This document shows positions 9,857 to 21,300 of a DNA stretch of 64,000 nucleotides, one piece after another. Made by a program: the position numbers and the translations under genes. Location of the stretch: IMG/VR virus record IMGVR_UViG_3300026187_001862, positions 62,257 through 126,256 of that record. One strand, given 5' to 3'. Every line of letters begins with the position of its first letter. Position 1 is the stretch's first letter. The notes below the pieces were generated by a model. It made no database searches, was not told where the DNA came from, and worked only from the letters and a program-made list of their open reading frames with translations. The stretch is from a virus (Duplodnaviria; Caudoviricetes).

Positions 9857-10384
9857 TTATTCTGAAGTAAGTTTTTTCCATTTATCTACTGAAATCTCTT
9901 TTCTTTCAGAAAGAATTTTTCTATAAGCAGCAAATTCTGCATCCATTTGTTTTTTTGAATAATAGCGTTCAAACATTGGTTGCCAATTTCTGCAATTAGA
10001 ATGTGTAGTAATTACGTGTGGACCGTATTCTGTAACGTAGTCGTTGTATTTTTCAAATTTAATAATTTCAAAGTCAACTTTTGTAAAACTAATCTGTTCA
10101 AGAAACAATCCTGAATGACTTTTAGTCCAATCATCGCCTTTGTTCATATTTTCTGTATGTTTAATTGCAGACTGTAATCTTGAATAAGGATTCCTAATAA
10201 CAAGTATTTTATTTTTAGATTCAGAATTTAGCCATTCTCCTACGTTACCTGAAGAACTTAATTTACGTTTTCCTGATGAATCTGGTTCTGTTAAATAGTT
10301 CAATCCAAAGTAATTGTACATACTAAAGTGTCCACTTCTCGGAGCACATAATACGCTATAATTTTCGGTAGATCGTAAAAACAT
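9857..10384 (-). CDS. sulfotransferase-like protein
   Basis: APRSG and RNPYSRLQS resemble the PAPS-binding motifs. Confidence 0.55.
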   Translation of the reverse strand: MFLRSTENYSVLCAPRSGHFSMYNYFGLNYLTEPDSSGKRKLSSSGNVGEWLNSESKNKILVIRNPYSRLQSAIKHTENMNKGDDWTKSHSGLFLEQISFTKVDFEIIKFEKYNDYVTEYGPHVITTHSNCRNWQPMFERYYSKKQMDAEFAAYRKILSERKEISVDKWKKLTSE

Positions 10385-10395
10385 GTTTTAAATCC

Positions 10396-13300
10396 TTATT
10401 CATTAAATTGATAATTTGCAAATAATATAAAAGTTTCATTTTCTTTATCATTTGCAGACTTTACAATATATCTATCTATGTCGTAGTTAAGTTTTTTAGG
10501 ATCAAAATTGTATCCGTTAAGATTTCTAATTATGTCTGCTGCATATCCTGGTTTACAATAGCATAACGGTATTGCAGGAATGTAATCTAATTCTTGTAAA
10601 CCTACTTGCGGAGTTCTCATCCACAAAGGCAAGTAGCTTCTTTTAGTTTTTCCAATAGTTGATATGTTATCTCTCATATTATCTAAGCTACTAATATATT
10701 TCAAATTATCTTTACTTTGACTTATATTAATTGCATTAGAATCTACTTTTATTGTGTTTATAGGTTGAGGTTGTATTTTATAAGGCTCTGAATCTGTTAT
10801 TTGTAATTCAATCGTTACATTATCGGTACTACGGATTACTATTTCAAAATCGCTTTCATCTGCATCAACTGATAATGTTTGATCTTTAGTTTCTATTACA
10901 ATTTCGCTATTATCTATTTGTATAAATTTTACTGTATTTCTTCCGTAAATAGGTAGTGCATCATATCCTGCTCCTGTTTTAGTAACATCATCTTTTGTAT
11001 TATAAAGCATACTGTCTACTGTAATTTTTTTAGTAGTGTTTATTTTAAAAGATTTTGCTGTTGTTCCTTTTGAAGCATTAGCAGGATCTATTACAGGAAT
11101 ATAAACTACTTCATAGATAACATCATTTGTGCCTGGCAATTTTGCAAAAGCAGATTGTAAACTTCCTAGAATATATTTCTTTCTTTTGTGATTTTTTGCA
11201 GCAGCTGAAACAAAATTGTTTATATCCTTTGCTTCTATTCCAGAGTACACTAAAAGTTCTAAATCAGTTTGTATTCCAAATTCAGGGTCTTGAGGTCTAT
11301 AGATTTTCTCTGGCTCAAATATATCTGAATTGCTAGTAAAAGATTGCAAATAGCTTCTTTCTGTTTCTTTTAGCATAGGTTTCATATATATTTTAGTATA
11401 CTTTGTATTATCATTATCCTCTACAACTAAAACAAATTCTCTTGTTAGAGTAGCGTAATTAAATCTGTCTCTTGCTTGTACCGTAAACTTAAATTGTCTA
11501 TCAAATGACGTATCTCCCGGAAATACACCATCCCAAGTTGCATCACCGTCGAAATATGTTAAACCTGAGCCATCTGAATTTTGATATTGTCTAGGAACAC
11601 CTATAATTTCCCCGTCATATGTAAGAGACATCCCATTTGGCAGTTTACCGCTTACAATTGAATATATCATTTTTGTATCAGGTACTGTACTTTCAGCCTT
11701 AACACTTAATGTGCTTTGTAAGTTTGCTGCAATAGTACCTAAATCACTATCGGTAATCCAAGCAATAGTACTATCTATTTCACCAATTGTTTTAAGTTCA
11801 AAGGTTTTTATTGAGCTTGGTATATCTACTTCGTCCCTATTTGATATAACAATATTTTTACTGAAAAAGTCCTTTTGGAATAATGCAATACCTATATTTC
11901 TTCCTTGATTTAGATTGCTTTGTAAATTAATATCTAATTCGATTCGATCTTCATTATCTCTTATTAAATCTATTCTAAAGTCTGAACTGTCGGCACCTTT
12001 AAAAAATTGACTTATATTTTGCTTAATTCTTGTTAAACTTGTACTAGGTAGTTTAACATTCCAAACTCTGTCATCTTTAGCTGTAATATAAACCGGCCCG
12101 CCATATTCTCTTTGTATTGCCTGCCTAGTTACTGTGAGCCTATTAGATAAACTTAATTCTTCTAATGTCTCTGCAACTTGTGTCCATTTTGCACCTTCAA
12201 ATATTATTTGCTGATTACCATTAGCATCTAAAATAAAATCTCCGTCGCCGTCTATCTGTGCTTCAGTAGTATGTGCTTCAACACATTTATATATAAATCC
12301 ATTACCACCTAAGTTTTCGTCGTATATAACATAGTCGTCTACAAAATAACTTTCGCCTATTTCAATATTACTAGGTGCATAATAAGGAAATATTGGATTA
12401 TTCTGCGGACTGATTTGAACAACATCATATTCGATGTAAGGAACAATACTTCCAATTGTGTATTTTTCTGTTTCTGAGAATTTTAATGTTCTATTTTTAT
12501 ATTTTTCTTTTTCTTTTAATCCTAATCTATTAGCAAAAAAATAAGACTGGCCTGTTTTTGCTGTTTGAGAAACAACTAAACTTATTTCAGGAGCCAATGT
12601 TTCATCTAAAAATATTACATCATAGTCTGTATTAGAATCATCTACGTTTATAACATTATACAATCTATTTTTTATTAAAATTTGTCTGCCTCTCAGTGCT
12701 AACAAGTCGTTAACGCCGTCATCTAACCCTGTTAAATCAGTTTTATAAATTTTAAAACTAGAATTTCCTAATAAAACATCTTCATAATATGTTCCAAATA
12801 TTTCTACAGTTTCTAAATCAAAAGTTAGTCTTGTTGCACGTAGTGTAAATTTATGATCTTTTACTACAGCAGGTTGGTATGGCAAATAGCCTGTAATTGT
12901 TCCTGTAGAATAATCTAAATTTAATCCTGTAGGTAAAACACTAGGTGTACCGTCATTGTTTATATCTTCTAGTGTATAACGTACAATGCCTTCCAGTTGA
13001 TCGTTTTCAATAGTTTCGATTGGTAAAATTACAAAATTATCTGCTCTTTTATAACCTAAATTATTAGGTGTAAGCCATACTGGTGTTCTTACATTTGTTG
13101 CATCCGATGTAAATACGCCAGTACCTGCATGCATTAGAGTGTTATCAGATTTTAAATAATCATCACCGACAAGATATATTTTAAACTCTCTTGTGGTAAA
13201 AGTGTCACCGTCTGTTACAGTTACTCTGAAAGGATAGTATCTATTAAGTTTTTTTGGCTGGTTAGTAGTTGTATTAAAATCAAAGACTTCACTATCGTAA

Positions 13301-13917
13301 AAATAACTTCCGTAACCATTATTAGACAATGCTGCAAAATCTATAGGCAAATTTCCGTATGGTGCTGCATCGTATCCACCTCGTTCTGTTCGCTGATCTA
13401 ATGCTAATAAAGGCTCAACTATTCCGGTAAGTCTACCATCTTCAGTTAAAGATATACCGGGCGGTAATTGGCCATCTCCTTCTGCAATAAAATATTCTAA
13501 CTCGTCTCCTGCAGAAATATCAGGATCTGTTGCTATTAATTGATAGTCTATTATTGAGTTATCGAGTATAAAAAGTTGTTCATTTGATCCTACTGGTAAC
13601 AATCCTTCATTTGTTAACCAAATTGGTTCATCTGGTCCACTTACAACAATTTCTAAAGTTCTATCTTCAAATATATCTTCATGATATACACGTATTGTAA
13701 ATTTATATGACGTGTCTCTAATAACTTCGTATGCAGTTCCTACTATGTATAATCCTTCTAGTCTACACCCACGAGGTAAAGAACCCGAAATTAATTCAGC
13801 ACTAGGATTTTGTAAATAAGAAACTAAAGGTAAGCGAATGCTTACTGTAGATCTTTCTATTAAAGTTGTAATTTTGTATCCAGTACCAACTGTCCAAATA
13901 CTGCCAGGTTCTGCCAT
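10396..13917 (-). CDS. large baseplate/structural protein with Ig-like repeats
   Basis: Repeated G.LP.G..L...G.I.G Ig/cadherin-like motifs; late motif at 13940-13948; tail-gene context. Confidence 0.7.
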   Translation of the reverse strand: MAEPGSIWTVGTGYKITTLIERSTVSIRLPLVSYLQNPSAELISGSLPRGCRLEGLYIVGTAYEVIRDTSYKFTIRVYHEDIFEDRTLEIVVSGPDEPIWLTNEGLLPVGSNEQLFILDNSIIDYQLIATDPDISAGDELEYFIAEGDGQLPPGISLTEDGRLTGIVEPLLALDQRTERGGYDAAPYGNLPIDFAALSNNGYGSYFYDSEVFDFNTTTNQPKKLNRYYPFRVTVTDGDTFTTREFKIYLVGDDYLKSDNTLMHAGTGVFTSDATNVRTPVWLTPNNLGYKRADNFVILPIETIENDQLEGIVRYTLEDINNDGTPSVLPTGLNLDYSTGTITGYLPYQPAVVKDHKFTLRATRLTFDLETVEIFGTYYEDVLLGNSSFKIYKTDLTGLDDGVNDLLALRGRQILIKNRLYNVINVDDSNTDYDVIFLDETLAPEISLVVSQTAKTGQSYFFANRLGLKEKEKYKNRTLKFSETEKYTIGSIVPYIEYDVVQISPQNNPIFPYYAPSNIEIGESYFVDDYVIYDENLGGNGFIYKCVEAHTTEAQIDGDGDFILDANGNQQIIFEGAKWTQVAETLEELSLSNRLTVTRQAIQREYGGPVYITAKDDRVWNVKLPSTSLTRIKQNISQFFKGADSSDFRIDLIRDNEDRIELDINLQSNLNQGRNIGIALFQKDFFSKNIVISNRDEVDIPSSIKTFELKTIGEIDSTIAWITDSDLGTIAANLQSTLSVKAESTVPDTKMIYSIVSGKLPNGMSLTYDGEIIGVPRQYQNSDGSGLTYFDGDATWDGVFPGDTSFDRQFKFTVQARDRFNYATLTREFVLVVEDNDNTKYTKIYMKPMLKETERSYLQSFTSNSDIFEPEKIYRPQDPEFGIQTDLELLVYSGIEAKDINNFVSAAAKNHKRKKYILGSLQSAFAKLPGTNDVIYEVVYIPVIDPANASKGTTAKSFKINTTKKITVDSMLYNTKDDVTKTGAGYDALPIYGRNTVKFIQIDNSEIVIETKDQTLSVDADESDFEIVIRSTDNVTIELQITDSEPYKIQPQPINTIKVDSNAINISQSKDNLKYISSLDNMRDNISTIGKTKRSYLPLWMRTPQVGLQELDYIPAIPLCYCKPGYAADIIRNLNGYNFDPKKLNYDIDRYIVKSANDKENETFILFANYQFNE

Positions 13918-13952
13918 ATTGTTTTTCCTTTTGTAACAGTATTTATCGAGCG

Positions 13953-14681
13953 TTAATCTGCGATTGCGCCTAGATCAATTGTCCTTGGATCAGGAAGTGG
14001 GAATGTTCCAAAATCTACATCAGCATCTTCAATAAGCCAATCGATAATACCGTTTACTGTTCTTCCCATTTCTCCAAAATCAAAATAATTGTCAAAATAA
14101 GGTGCAATAGTAGAAGGATCGTAGCCATTTATTAAACCTGTGACATTACCTATAAGATTACCTGTAAAAGTATTTGCTTGAATGTTGTTAGCACTTAAAA
14201 TATTATGAGCATCTGCATCCAAATCGCCACCTAGAGTAGGGTCTGTGTCTTGTATTACTCTAGTAGTCTTTGTATTATCGATCCTCATAATTTTTGCAAC
14301 AGGATCTATACTAGTTGATAAACCAACACCTGCATATAATTTAAATCTATCGGTTGTAGATAATGTCATCTCTTGACGATTATTAGATTCTACTATTATT
14401 TCGTTAAATGACTCTGTTATATTTGATATTTGTATTTCTCCAGTAGGAGTAGCTTCTATACCAATTCCGTCGCCTGCACTAATACTTTTTAATTTAATAT
14501 CATAGTTAACAATATTATCAAAAATACCCTCGCCAGATCCTAAATTAGTAACTGTTGTTTTTTCATTATCACGAAGATCAAGATCTTCAAAGTTTGCATT
14601 AACTTTTATAAATGCTTCACGGAGATCATCTCCTGTTCCGTCATTTGCTATTTGCCCTATGTTAATTAATTCTATAGCCAT
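13953..14681 (-). CDS. baseplate/tail-fibre protein with gp9/gp10-like N-terminus
   Basis: INIGQIANDGTGDDLREAFIKVNANF. Confidence 0.7.
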   Translation of the reverse strand: MAIELINIGQIANDGTGDDLREAFIKVNANFEDLDLRDNEKTTVTNLGSGEGIFDNIVNYDIKLKSISAGDGIGIEATPTGEIQISNITESFNEIIVESNNRQEMTLSTTDRFKLYAGVGLSTSIDPVAKIMRIDNTKTTRVIQDTDPTLGGDLDADAHNILSANNIQANTFTGNLIGNVTGLINGYDPSTIAPYFDNYFDFGEMGRTVNGIIDWLIEDADVDFGTFPLPDPRTIDLGAIAD

Positions 14682-14692
14682 TTATATCTCCG

Positions 14693-17230
14693 TTATAGAT
14701 TTGCTAGTACCCATGCTTTAAATGCAGCATAGTCTCCAGCGCCATCTTGTAATGCTGTTTTTAGATCTTCAATACTTACATAACCTGGTATAGTCCCAGT
14801 TAGTGCATCAACAAGAACAGTTGAATCGTCTGCAAAAACAGAACCTATCACATCAAATTTGTCGCCTTCTTGTAAAGCACTATCTGCAAGAGCACCTTGT
14901 GCTGATGTTGCAGCATCGATAATACCGTAACCTGCAAGCGTTGAAGGTGTTGACGTAAGATCGCCAAATGCTACACTAGTTAAATATCCAGCGCCTGCAT
15001 GATCTCCCCATCCGTGTGCTGTATCCCAATTAGTGCTATCTTGTATATTTGCTTTAGGTATAATCCCATTTACACTATCTACAAGTAATGTTGAATCGTC
15101 TGCAAAAATACTACCTTTAATGTCACCAGTTATGACGCCATTTACTGTAAATGAAGTACCTACAGTTCCATTAATATTAATTGTATCTGAAGTTAAGTTA
15201 ATAGAATTATTAGTACCTTGAGGCCTAATTGTAATTGCATTATTAGACCCAACTGCTGTTGTAATTTGTATACTGTCGTCTGCTGTAATATTATTTGCAA
15301 TAAGAGCACTTGCAAAACTTACAGTACCGTTTATTGTTGTTGTAATTCCTGCCCTACCAATATTAACAGCAGTAGCATTAGTTCCACCTATATCAAGTTC
15401 AGCCGAGTTGTCGATATCACCTGATAGATTAAATGTTGCGCCTGTAACTGTAACTCCTGATAAATCTAAAGTTGAACCAGTATTAATATCTATAGTGTTA
15501 GTACCATTACCGATAGTTACTGTTCCACTTGTGCTTGTTCCGATGTTAATAGCACCCGAAGCAGCACCAATTATACTAGTTGTACCTGTTGTTGCAATTT
15601 GTATATTACCAGAACTATCATTATAGCTTACACTGCCAAACGATCCGCCCAAAGATATTGTGCCGCCATCTGATGGATTGATTTGTCCACCAATTATAAT
15701 TGGAAGATCTGCGGTTGTAGCATTTATAGAGTTATTAACAGCATCTACTATAACTGTACTATCATCGGCAAATACAGAACCTGTCATGTCACCAATCAAG
15801 TAACCTGTCACTATGCCTACTACAGGTCCTGTGTGTGTACCTGCAGAATCACCAGTTAGGTCACCTGTTACATCGCCAGTTACATTACCTGTAAGCGCAC
15901 CTTCAAAACGAGTTGTTGCAGAAACAATGTTCCCATTTAAATTATTTGTTTCTGTAGTAAAATAACTATCAGCTTCACTCCAAACAAAAGATACGTTAGG
16001 ATTGGTACCACGATCGATCTCAATTCCTGCTGTTCCTAATGATACTCCTGCACCAGTTTCACCATCATTAAGTGTAATAATATTATCAGTGATGGTTGTA
16101 TTAGTTGTTTCTACACTAGTAGTCGAACCTTGTACTGTTAGGTTTCCTACAACAATTACATTATCTTCAAATGTTGCTGTACCTGTTACATTTGGTGCTA
16201 CAATTTTTCCGGCAACGCCGTCTATAATAACTGTACTGTTATCCGATACAACAGAACCAGTAAGGTCGCCTACAAATCCGCCACTAGCTGTAATAGGTTC
16301 TGAAACATCACCTAGTAATCTAATTTTATTTGCATCAATATTAACTTCACCGTCTGCTAGTGCTGGAGAAATGTTAATAAGTTCTTGTAATAATGATCCA
16401 TTAGTTGTTAGTACAAGTCCACCTACACCTGTTATACTATCTTGAATGGTTAATCCGACTGCTTGAGCACCACTAAAAACAAATGTTCCGTTAACATCCA
16501 CATTTGTAACTGTTAAGTCACCAACAACAATTTCATTAGATTGAGTAAAATCGTTTTGTATATCACCAACAACAAGTCCTGCTACTCCATCGATTATAAC
16601 GGTAGAATCGTCAGCAACAACACTACCTTTAAGATCTGAAACAAAAGGTTCTGAACCGAATAACGTACCTAGAGTGTCATCTAAATCAGCAGTTCTTAAA
16701 TATCCAACATCGTCTGTAAATTCAGATAAAAATTGAGGAGCGCCTTGTAGTGCTGCATAAGTTATTTTACCTGTATCATAATCAAAAACAACACTTCCGG
16801 TTGTATCAACAAGATTACCGGCTAATTGCTGAACTCTAATTTTATTAAATTTAAAATCGTCACTTCCTATATTTTGCGATCCGTTATCAGTAGGAATAAT
16901 ATCACCACTTATATTAATACCTTCAACATCGATATTACCAATATCGCTCAACGGTCTAAATTCTATGCCGGTGCCTGCCGCATTAACTTTTACAAAATAA
17001 TTTGCAGAGCCTGTAAAATTGTCTGGAGTGTCTACTAGATCAGAAAATTCAACAGGAGCAACAGTATTACCTCTAACAAGAAGTTCTTGTGTGCTTATTG
17101 TACCAGCTGATGTAATATCGTTAACACTTGTTATGCTACTGTTAGTTAAATCAAGATTATCTCCGTCTGGCAATTCTTTAATTTTATTACCATCTGTTGT
17201 GTCTAGTATTAGTGGAAATCTATTTGCCAT
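14693..17230 (-). CDS. tail fibre protein
   Basis: G/T/D-rich; five GSV(F/V)ADDST-type repeats; late motif at 17255-17263. Confidence 0.75.
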   Translation of the reverse strand: MANRFPLILDTTDGNKIKELPDGDNLDLTNSSITSVNDITSAGTISTQELLVRGNTVAPVEFSDLVDTPDNFTGSANYFVKVNAAGTGIEFRPLSDIGNIDVEGINISGDIIPTDNGSQNIGSDDFKFNKIRVQQLAGNLVDTTGSVVFDYDTGKITYAALQGAPQFLSEFTDDVGYLRTADLDDTLGTLFGSEPFVSDLKGSVVADDSTVIIDGVAGLVVGDIQNDFTQSNEIVVGDLTVTNVDVNGTFVFSGAQAVGLTIQDSITGVGGLVLTTNGSLLQELINISPALADGEVNIDANKIRLLGDVSEPITASGGFVGDLTGSVVSDNSTVIIDGVAGKIVAPNVTGTATFEDNVIVVGNLTVQGSTTSVETTNTTITDNIITLNDGETGAGVSLGTAGIEIDRGTNPNVSFVWSEADSYFTTETNNLNGNIVSATTRFEGALTGNVTGDVTGDLTGDSAGTHTGPVVGIVTGYLIGDMTGSVFADDSTVIVDAVNNSINATTADLPIIIGGQINPSDGGTISLGGSFGSVSYNDSSGNIQIATTGTTSIIGAASGAINIGTSTSGTVTIGNGTNTIDINTGSTLDLSGVTVTGATFNLSGDIDNSAELDIGGTNATAVNIGRAGITTTINGTVSFASALIANNITADDSIQITTAVGSNNAITIRPQGTNNSINLTSDTININGTVGTSFTVNGVITGDIKGSIFADDSTLLVDSVNGIIPKANIQDSTNWDTAHGWGDHAGAGYLTSVAFGDLTSTPSTLAGYGIIDAATSAQGALADSALQEGDKFDVIGSVFADDSTVLVDALTGTIPGYVSIEDLKTALQDGAGDYAAFKAWVLANL

Positions 17231-17270
17231 TCTTATAAATCCTGTTATTTAATATATTTATCGTATCTGC

Positions 17271-18212
17271 TTAAAGCGCCGCTATCCTAGTTTGGAAGTC
17301 TGTAAAATCTACACTTGCTGCTACTTCTGTTTTAAGTGTTGCCAAGTCAATTGTTTCAGAAACAATATAATCAGTTCCTGCAACTGCTGCTGTAATATTG
17401 CCTGCGCCGTCTGCTTTTACAATACCGTTGACAGCACCTACTATAGGATCTGTTTCTGTAAATGTAGTTAAGTAACCTGCAACACTATGGTCTCCCCAGC
17501 TGTACGCTGTGTCCCAATTTGCACTATCTTCTACTACTGCTTTAGGTATAACGCTATTTACTGCGTCAACTAATAGTGTACTATCGTCGCCAAACACGCT
17601 ACCTTTGACATCACCTGTAATATTACCCGAAACGTTACCAGTTACATCGCCAGTTACACCTTCTGCTGCTACAATATTTCTATTTGCATTAATTACTTGT
17701 CCCGCGCCTGCAGAAAGATCTAAATTTGCTGATGCTACAATTTGAATAGGTCCTGGACCAGTAGAGCCACCATTTGCAATAGTTAGAAATCCATCATATG
17801 CTGCCATCCAATTTTGGTTTCTGAGTGTTCCGTAATAATCTCCAACAATTTGCGAATTAACACCATCTACAAGTAGTGTTGAATCGTCGCCAAATACACT
17901 GCCTACAGTATCTTGTACTTCTGCAGGTGCGCCACCATTTACAAGTAATGCGCCTCCTGCTGTAACTTCGATTCTAGCACCATTTAAGTAGATAAAGTCT
18001 GCAACATGTAAGTCTGCCCACGCTTTATCTGCACTACCTAAATTTATAGTACCGTTAGTGTTTGGCAAAACATCTGTTGTTGCTCCGGAAGGATTTCCTA
18101 AAGCAAGATATAATTCATCAAAGTTATCGTTGACTTTGTCGAATGCTGTGCGTAGCGGATCTCCGTCGCCCTTATTTGGACTTGTTCCTAAATCAATTAT
18201 TTGTTTTGCCAT
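17271..18212 (-). CDS. tail fibre protein with gp9/gp10-like N-terminus
   Basis: Likely start MAKQIIDLG; GDGDPLRTAFDKVNDNFDELY; two GSVFGDDST repeats. Confidence 0.75.
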   Translation of the reverse strand: MAKQIIDLGTSPNKGDGDPLRTAFDKVNDNFDELYLALGNPSGATTDVLPNTNGTINLGSADKAWADLHVADFIYLNGARIEVTAGGALLVNGGAPAEVQDTVGSVFGDDSTLLVDGVNSQIVGDYYGTLRNQNWMAAYDGFLTIANGGSTGPGPIQIVASANLDLSAGAGQVINANRNIVAAEGVTGDVTGNVSGNITGDVKGSVFGDDSTLLVDAVNSVIPKAVVEDSANWDTAYSWGDHSVAGYLTTFTETDPIVGAVNGIVKADGAGNITAAVAGTDYIVSETIDLATLKTEVAASVDFTDFQTRIAAL

Positions 18213-18339
18213 TTGGTGCTCCAAGTTGTACTCTTAATTTTCCAGCAGTTGCAACAACACGTCTTGGCTGCGGGTTTTTATTGTCTACAGAAGCTTTTGC
18301 TCCTTTTTGAATCAATTTATCTATGTTTTTATTTTCCAT
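18193..18339 (-). CDS. small protein (48 aa, not in ORF track)
   Basis: TAATG-coupled to the 2644-aa gene: MENKNIDKLIQKGAKASVDNKNPQPRRVVATAGKLRVQLGAPNGKTNN. Confidence 0.55.
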   Translation of the reverse strand: MENKNIDKLIQKGAKASVDNKNPQPRRVVATAGKLRVQLGAPNGKTNN

Positions 18340-21300
18340 TAGTGCTTCCCTACAACCACTTCAACAATTCCTCTATCCTGATCAGTTTTTTCGCTTATTG
18401 CTTTACCGATAACAGTTCCAACGCCTGGGGAGTTATTCACTATTGCATAACCTGGTACTGCACTTGTAACCAGCATGTCGCCTTTCTTTACAGTGCCAAT
18501 AACTTTACATGGTACTCTACCTTGTAGTGCTAGTCCTACAACGTGATCACCTTCCAATGCACTGTTCATCAAGTGTGCTGGGTTAGTTGTAACAACACCT
18601 GCTACACTTGTTTGTCCTTTAGCAGTACATACAGTAACTTCTGCATCACCACCAAACACTAGCACTGTTCCTGGTTCGTAATCAGCATCACCTAAGTAGT
18701 TTTCTGCCAAGTCAGCATAATATGCTTCAGTAGCAGTACCATGGAATGTTGTTGCATATACGTTTGCATATTTTAGTGATGAACTACCAATATCATAGGT
18801 ATTATCTGTATCAGGTAATGCACCTGACGAACTAAATGTCATCGGAGATACACTTGAACTTGTAGCACTATCAGCAGTAATTATTGCAATTTCACCTACA
18901 AGTGATTTACCAGTATTAGCACCAATACCTATACCTGTTGATGCTGCGCCTTTTTCGCCTGGTGCTTCGATAAAACTAGAATAAATCCAATCTACACCTA
19001 AATTGCTTTCGCCATTAAAGTTTGACAAACCTTGTAGTGTACTTTCTGCTACACCTGTTGCACCAATATTAACACTTCCTGAAATTTCTAAATCAGGAAA
19101 TGTAGGAGCTACATATCCAGGATCAGCAGGTGCACCTACAGCAGGAGAACCGCCAGCAGCTCTTAGTATTTCACCTTGCGAAGGAGTTTTGAAAATTACA
19201 GTTGTACCATCTAGCGATAGTACTTCGTAACTTGCATTACCACCTAGTATAAGTGAGTTAACTTGTATACTGCCATCTGCATCTGTTTTAACAATGCTGT
19301 TAACTTCACCTGAAACACTTACATTCGAAATACCATAAGTACCTTCACCAGTTTTAATTAATGCCTCGCCTGGATCATCTAGTGTTGTTAATTCAGTTAT
19401 AAAGTCCGCATCTCCTAGGCCACCGCCTTCTGAAATAACTGTGCTAAATGGAATTTGATCTATGTCATTATCTGAACTATCACCACTCCAGTTTCCTAAC
19501 ACAGTACCGTCATTTATTCTTTGTATTTTTTCTAATGGTAGCTGGCCGTTGTCTATGCTTACCCAACCATCAGTAGTTGTAAATATTCTTTCATCAAATG
19601 CAACAACACCTAAATCATTTTGTGTAATGCCTGTAGCACTTCCTCTTGTAGTTGCACTATTCAAGTTAAGTTTACTTTGAGAAATATTTGCTACACCATT
19701 TACATCGTCATTTACAATAGAGTTTGGTTTTAATTGGAAATTTAGAGTTGTATATCTATCTGTTACAACTCCAAATCCGTCTATAGTAACTTCTTTATTT
19801 GTTAACAGTTCTATATCACTAGCCGGACTTTCAACACCGTTTACCCATTCGTCAACAGGTCCGTCTACTACTAAACCTTCAGCACCTCCTGATACTAATA
19901 GTACATCAGGATCAGGCGAACTTCCAATCGGTTTACCGTCACTAAATGTACCGGTAAGAGGTGTAAATGTTATTTCAATTAAATCACCTTCATATCCTTC
20001 TACATTTTGTACATCTACGATTGTTCCTGTAGCACCTGTAACACTACCTGTAATTGTATCTCCTCGTTCAAAGGGTCCACTTACTATGCTGCTTAATAAT
20101 ACATAGATTTTTTTATACTCTGTTGATACTAATAATTGGTTAGCACCAAAGCTTTGATATTGTAAACTTCTTAGATCTTTAATTTCGTCACTTAAACCAC
20201 GACCGTCATCAACATATTTTTTAGTTGCAGCATCTGATTCAGAATTAGGTGCTTTTAGGTTTGTAATTGTGTTACCTGCTGCGTTTAAATCGTCTGTCAT
20301 TGGAACAGCACCGTTAGGAGCAAGTACACCTGGACCTAATTTGTTTGAAACAGGAGTACCGTTTACATCGTAACCTAGTCTTCTGTTAACATAACCACGT
20401 ACAGCAAGTTCTGTCGGAACAGTATCTGATGCATTATCTGTCATTGCTGTATCTGTTGAGAATTCAGTAATAACAACACCACGTTTAAAACCTAGTCCAT
20501 CAACATCTGAAAGTGCAAGTGACGCACTAAATGTAACTGTACCAGTACCTTGGTCAACGCTAAAGAATCTACCAACTCTAAAGATACCGTTTTGGTCTGT
20601 ACTTACATAGAACACACGACCTTTACCACGTTCGTCAACTTCTTTTGCTTGATCTTTTGAGGCTGGTTCACCAAAAATAACTGTAGGATAATTGGATTCA
20701 TTAAACCCGCCCGATCCAACATCTAAGAAGTCATGTGATGTAGCACGACAAGTTGAAATATTAACTGTTACTGTTCCTTCAGCACCAGCTTTTAGACCTG
20801 CTCTAATTGTTACAGTTTCTGACCCTAATACAACAGGAGAGCCTAACCCCTCTTCTAATCCGCCTGGATTAGAATAATCTTCTAAATTAATACTGTCGAT
20901 TACTTCAATGTCGACAATTACATATTCATTGTCTTCGGCTAACGGAACTTCTGTATTAGTTCCATCTACTCCTCTTGCATTATACACATAAAACTTTTTA
21001 CCACTCCATGTAAATATAGGAGCTTCTTGTAAGTTTTCCACTGTCCAACCAATCGGTCTATTAGCTTCAGGAGTTCTAGCATTATTATTCAATCTAGAAA
21101 TTTCATTATCATCTAGTGTTGGTTGTACTGCAAGAACTCTGTCTCCAATTGTGCCGCCTTTGGTTGTTCCTAATCCTGCTAAAGGAATTTCTTGGGCTTT
21201 TGCACTATCTATAATCAATCTAATATAATCATATGAACTATCAAAACCTGATTGTAATTGATCATTTTCTAATTCATTGCCTAGACTATCTGATGTTAAG

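Noticed and set aside
14693-18212. Possible DGR template/variable repeats or CRISPR array
   Set aside because: Repeats are in-frame protein motifs with mostly synonymous-type divergence; no reverse transcriptase, cas gene or regular repeat-spacer array was seen.
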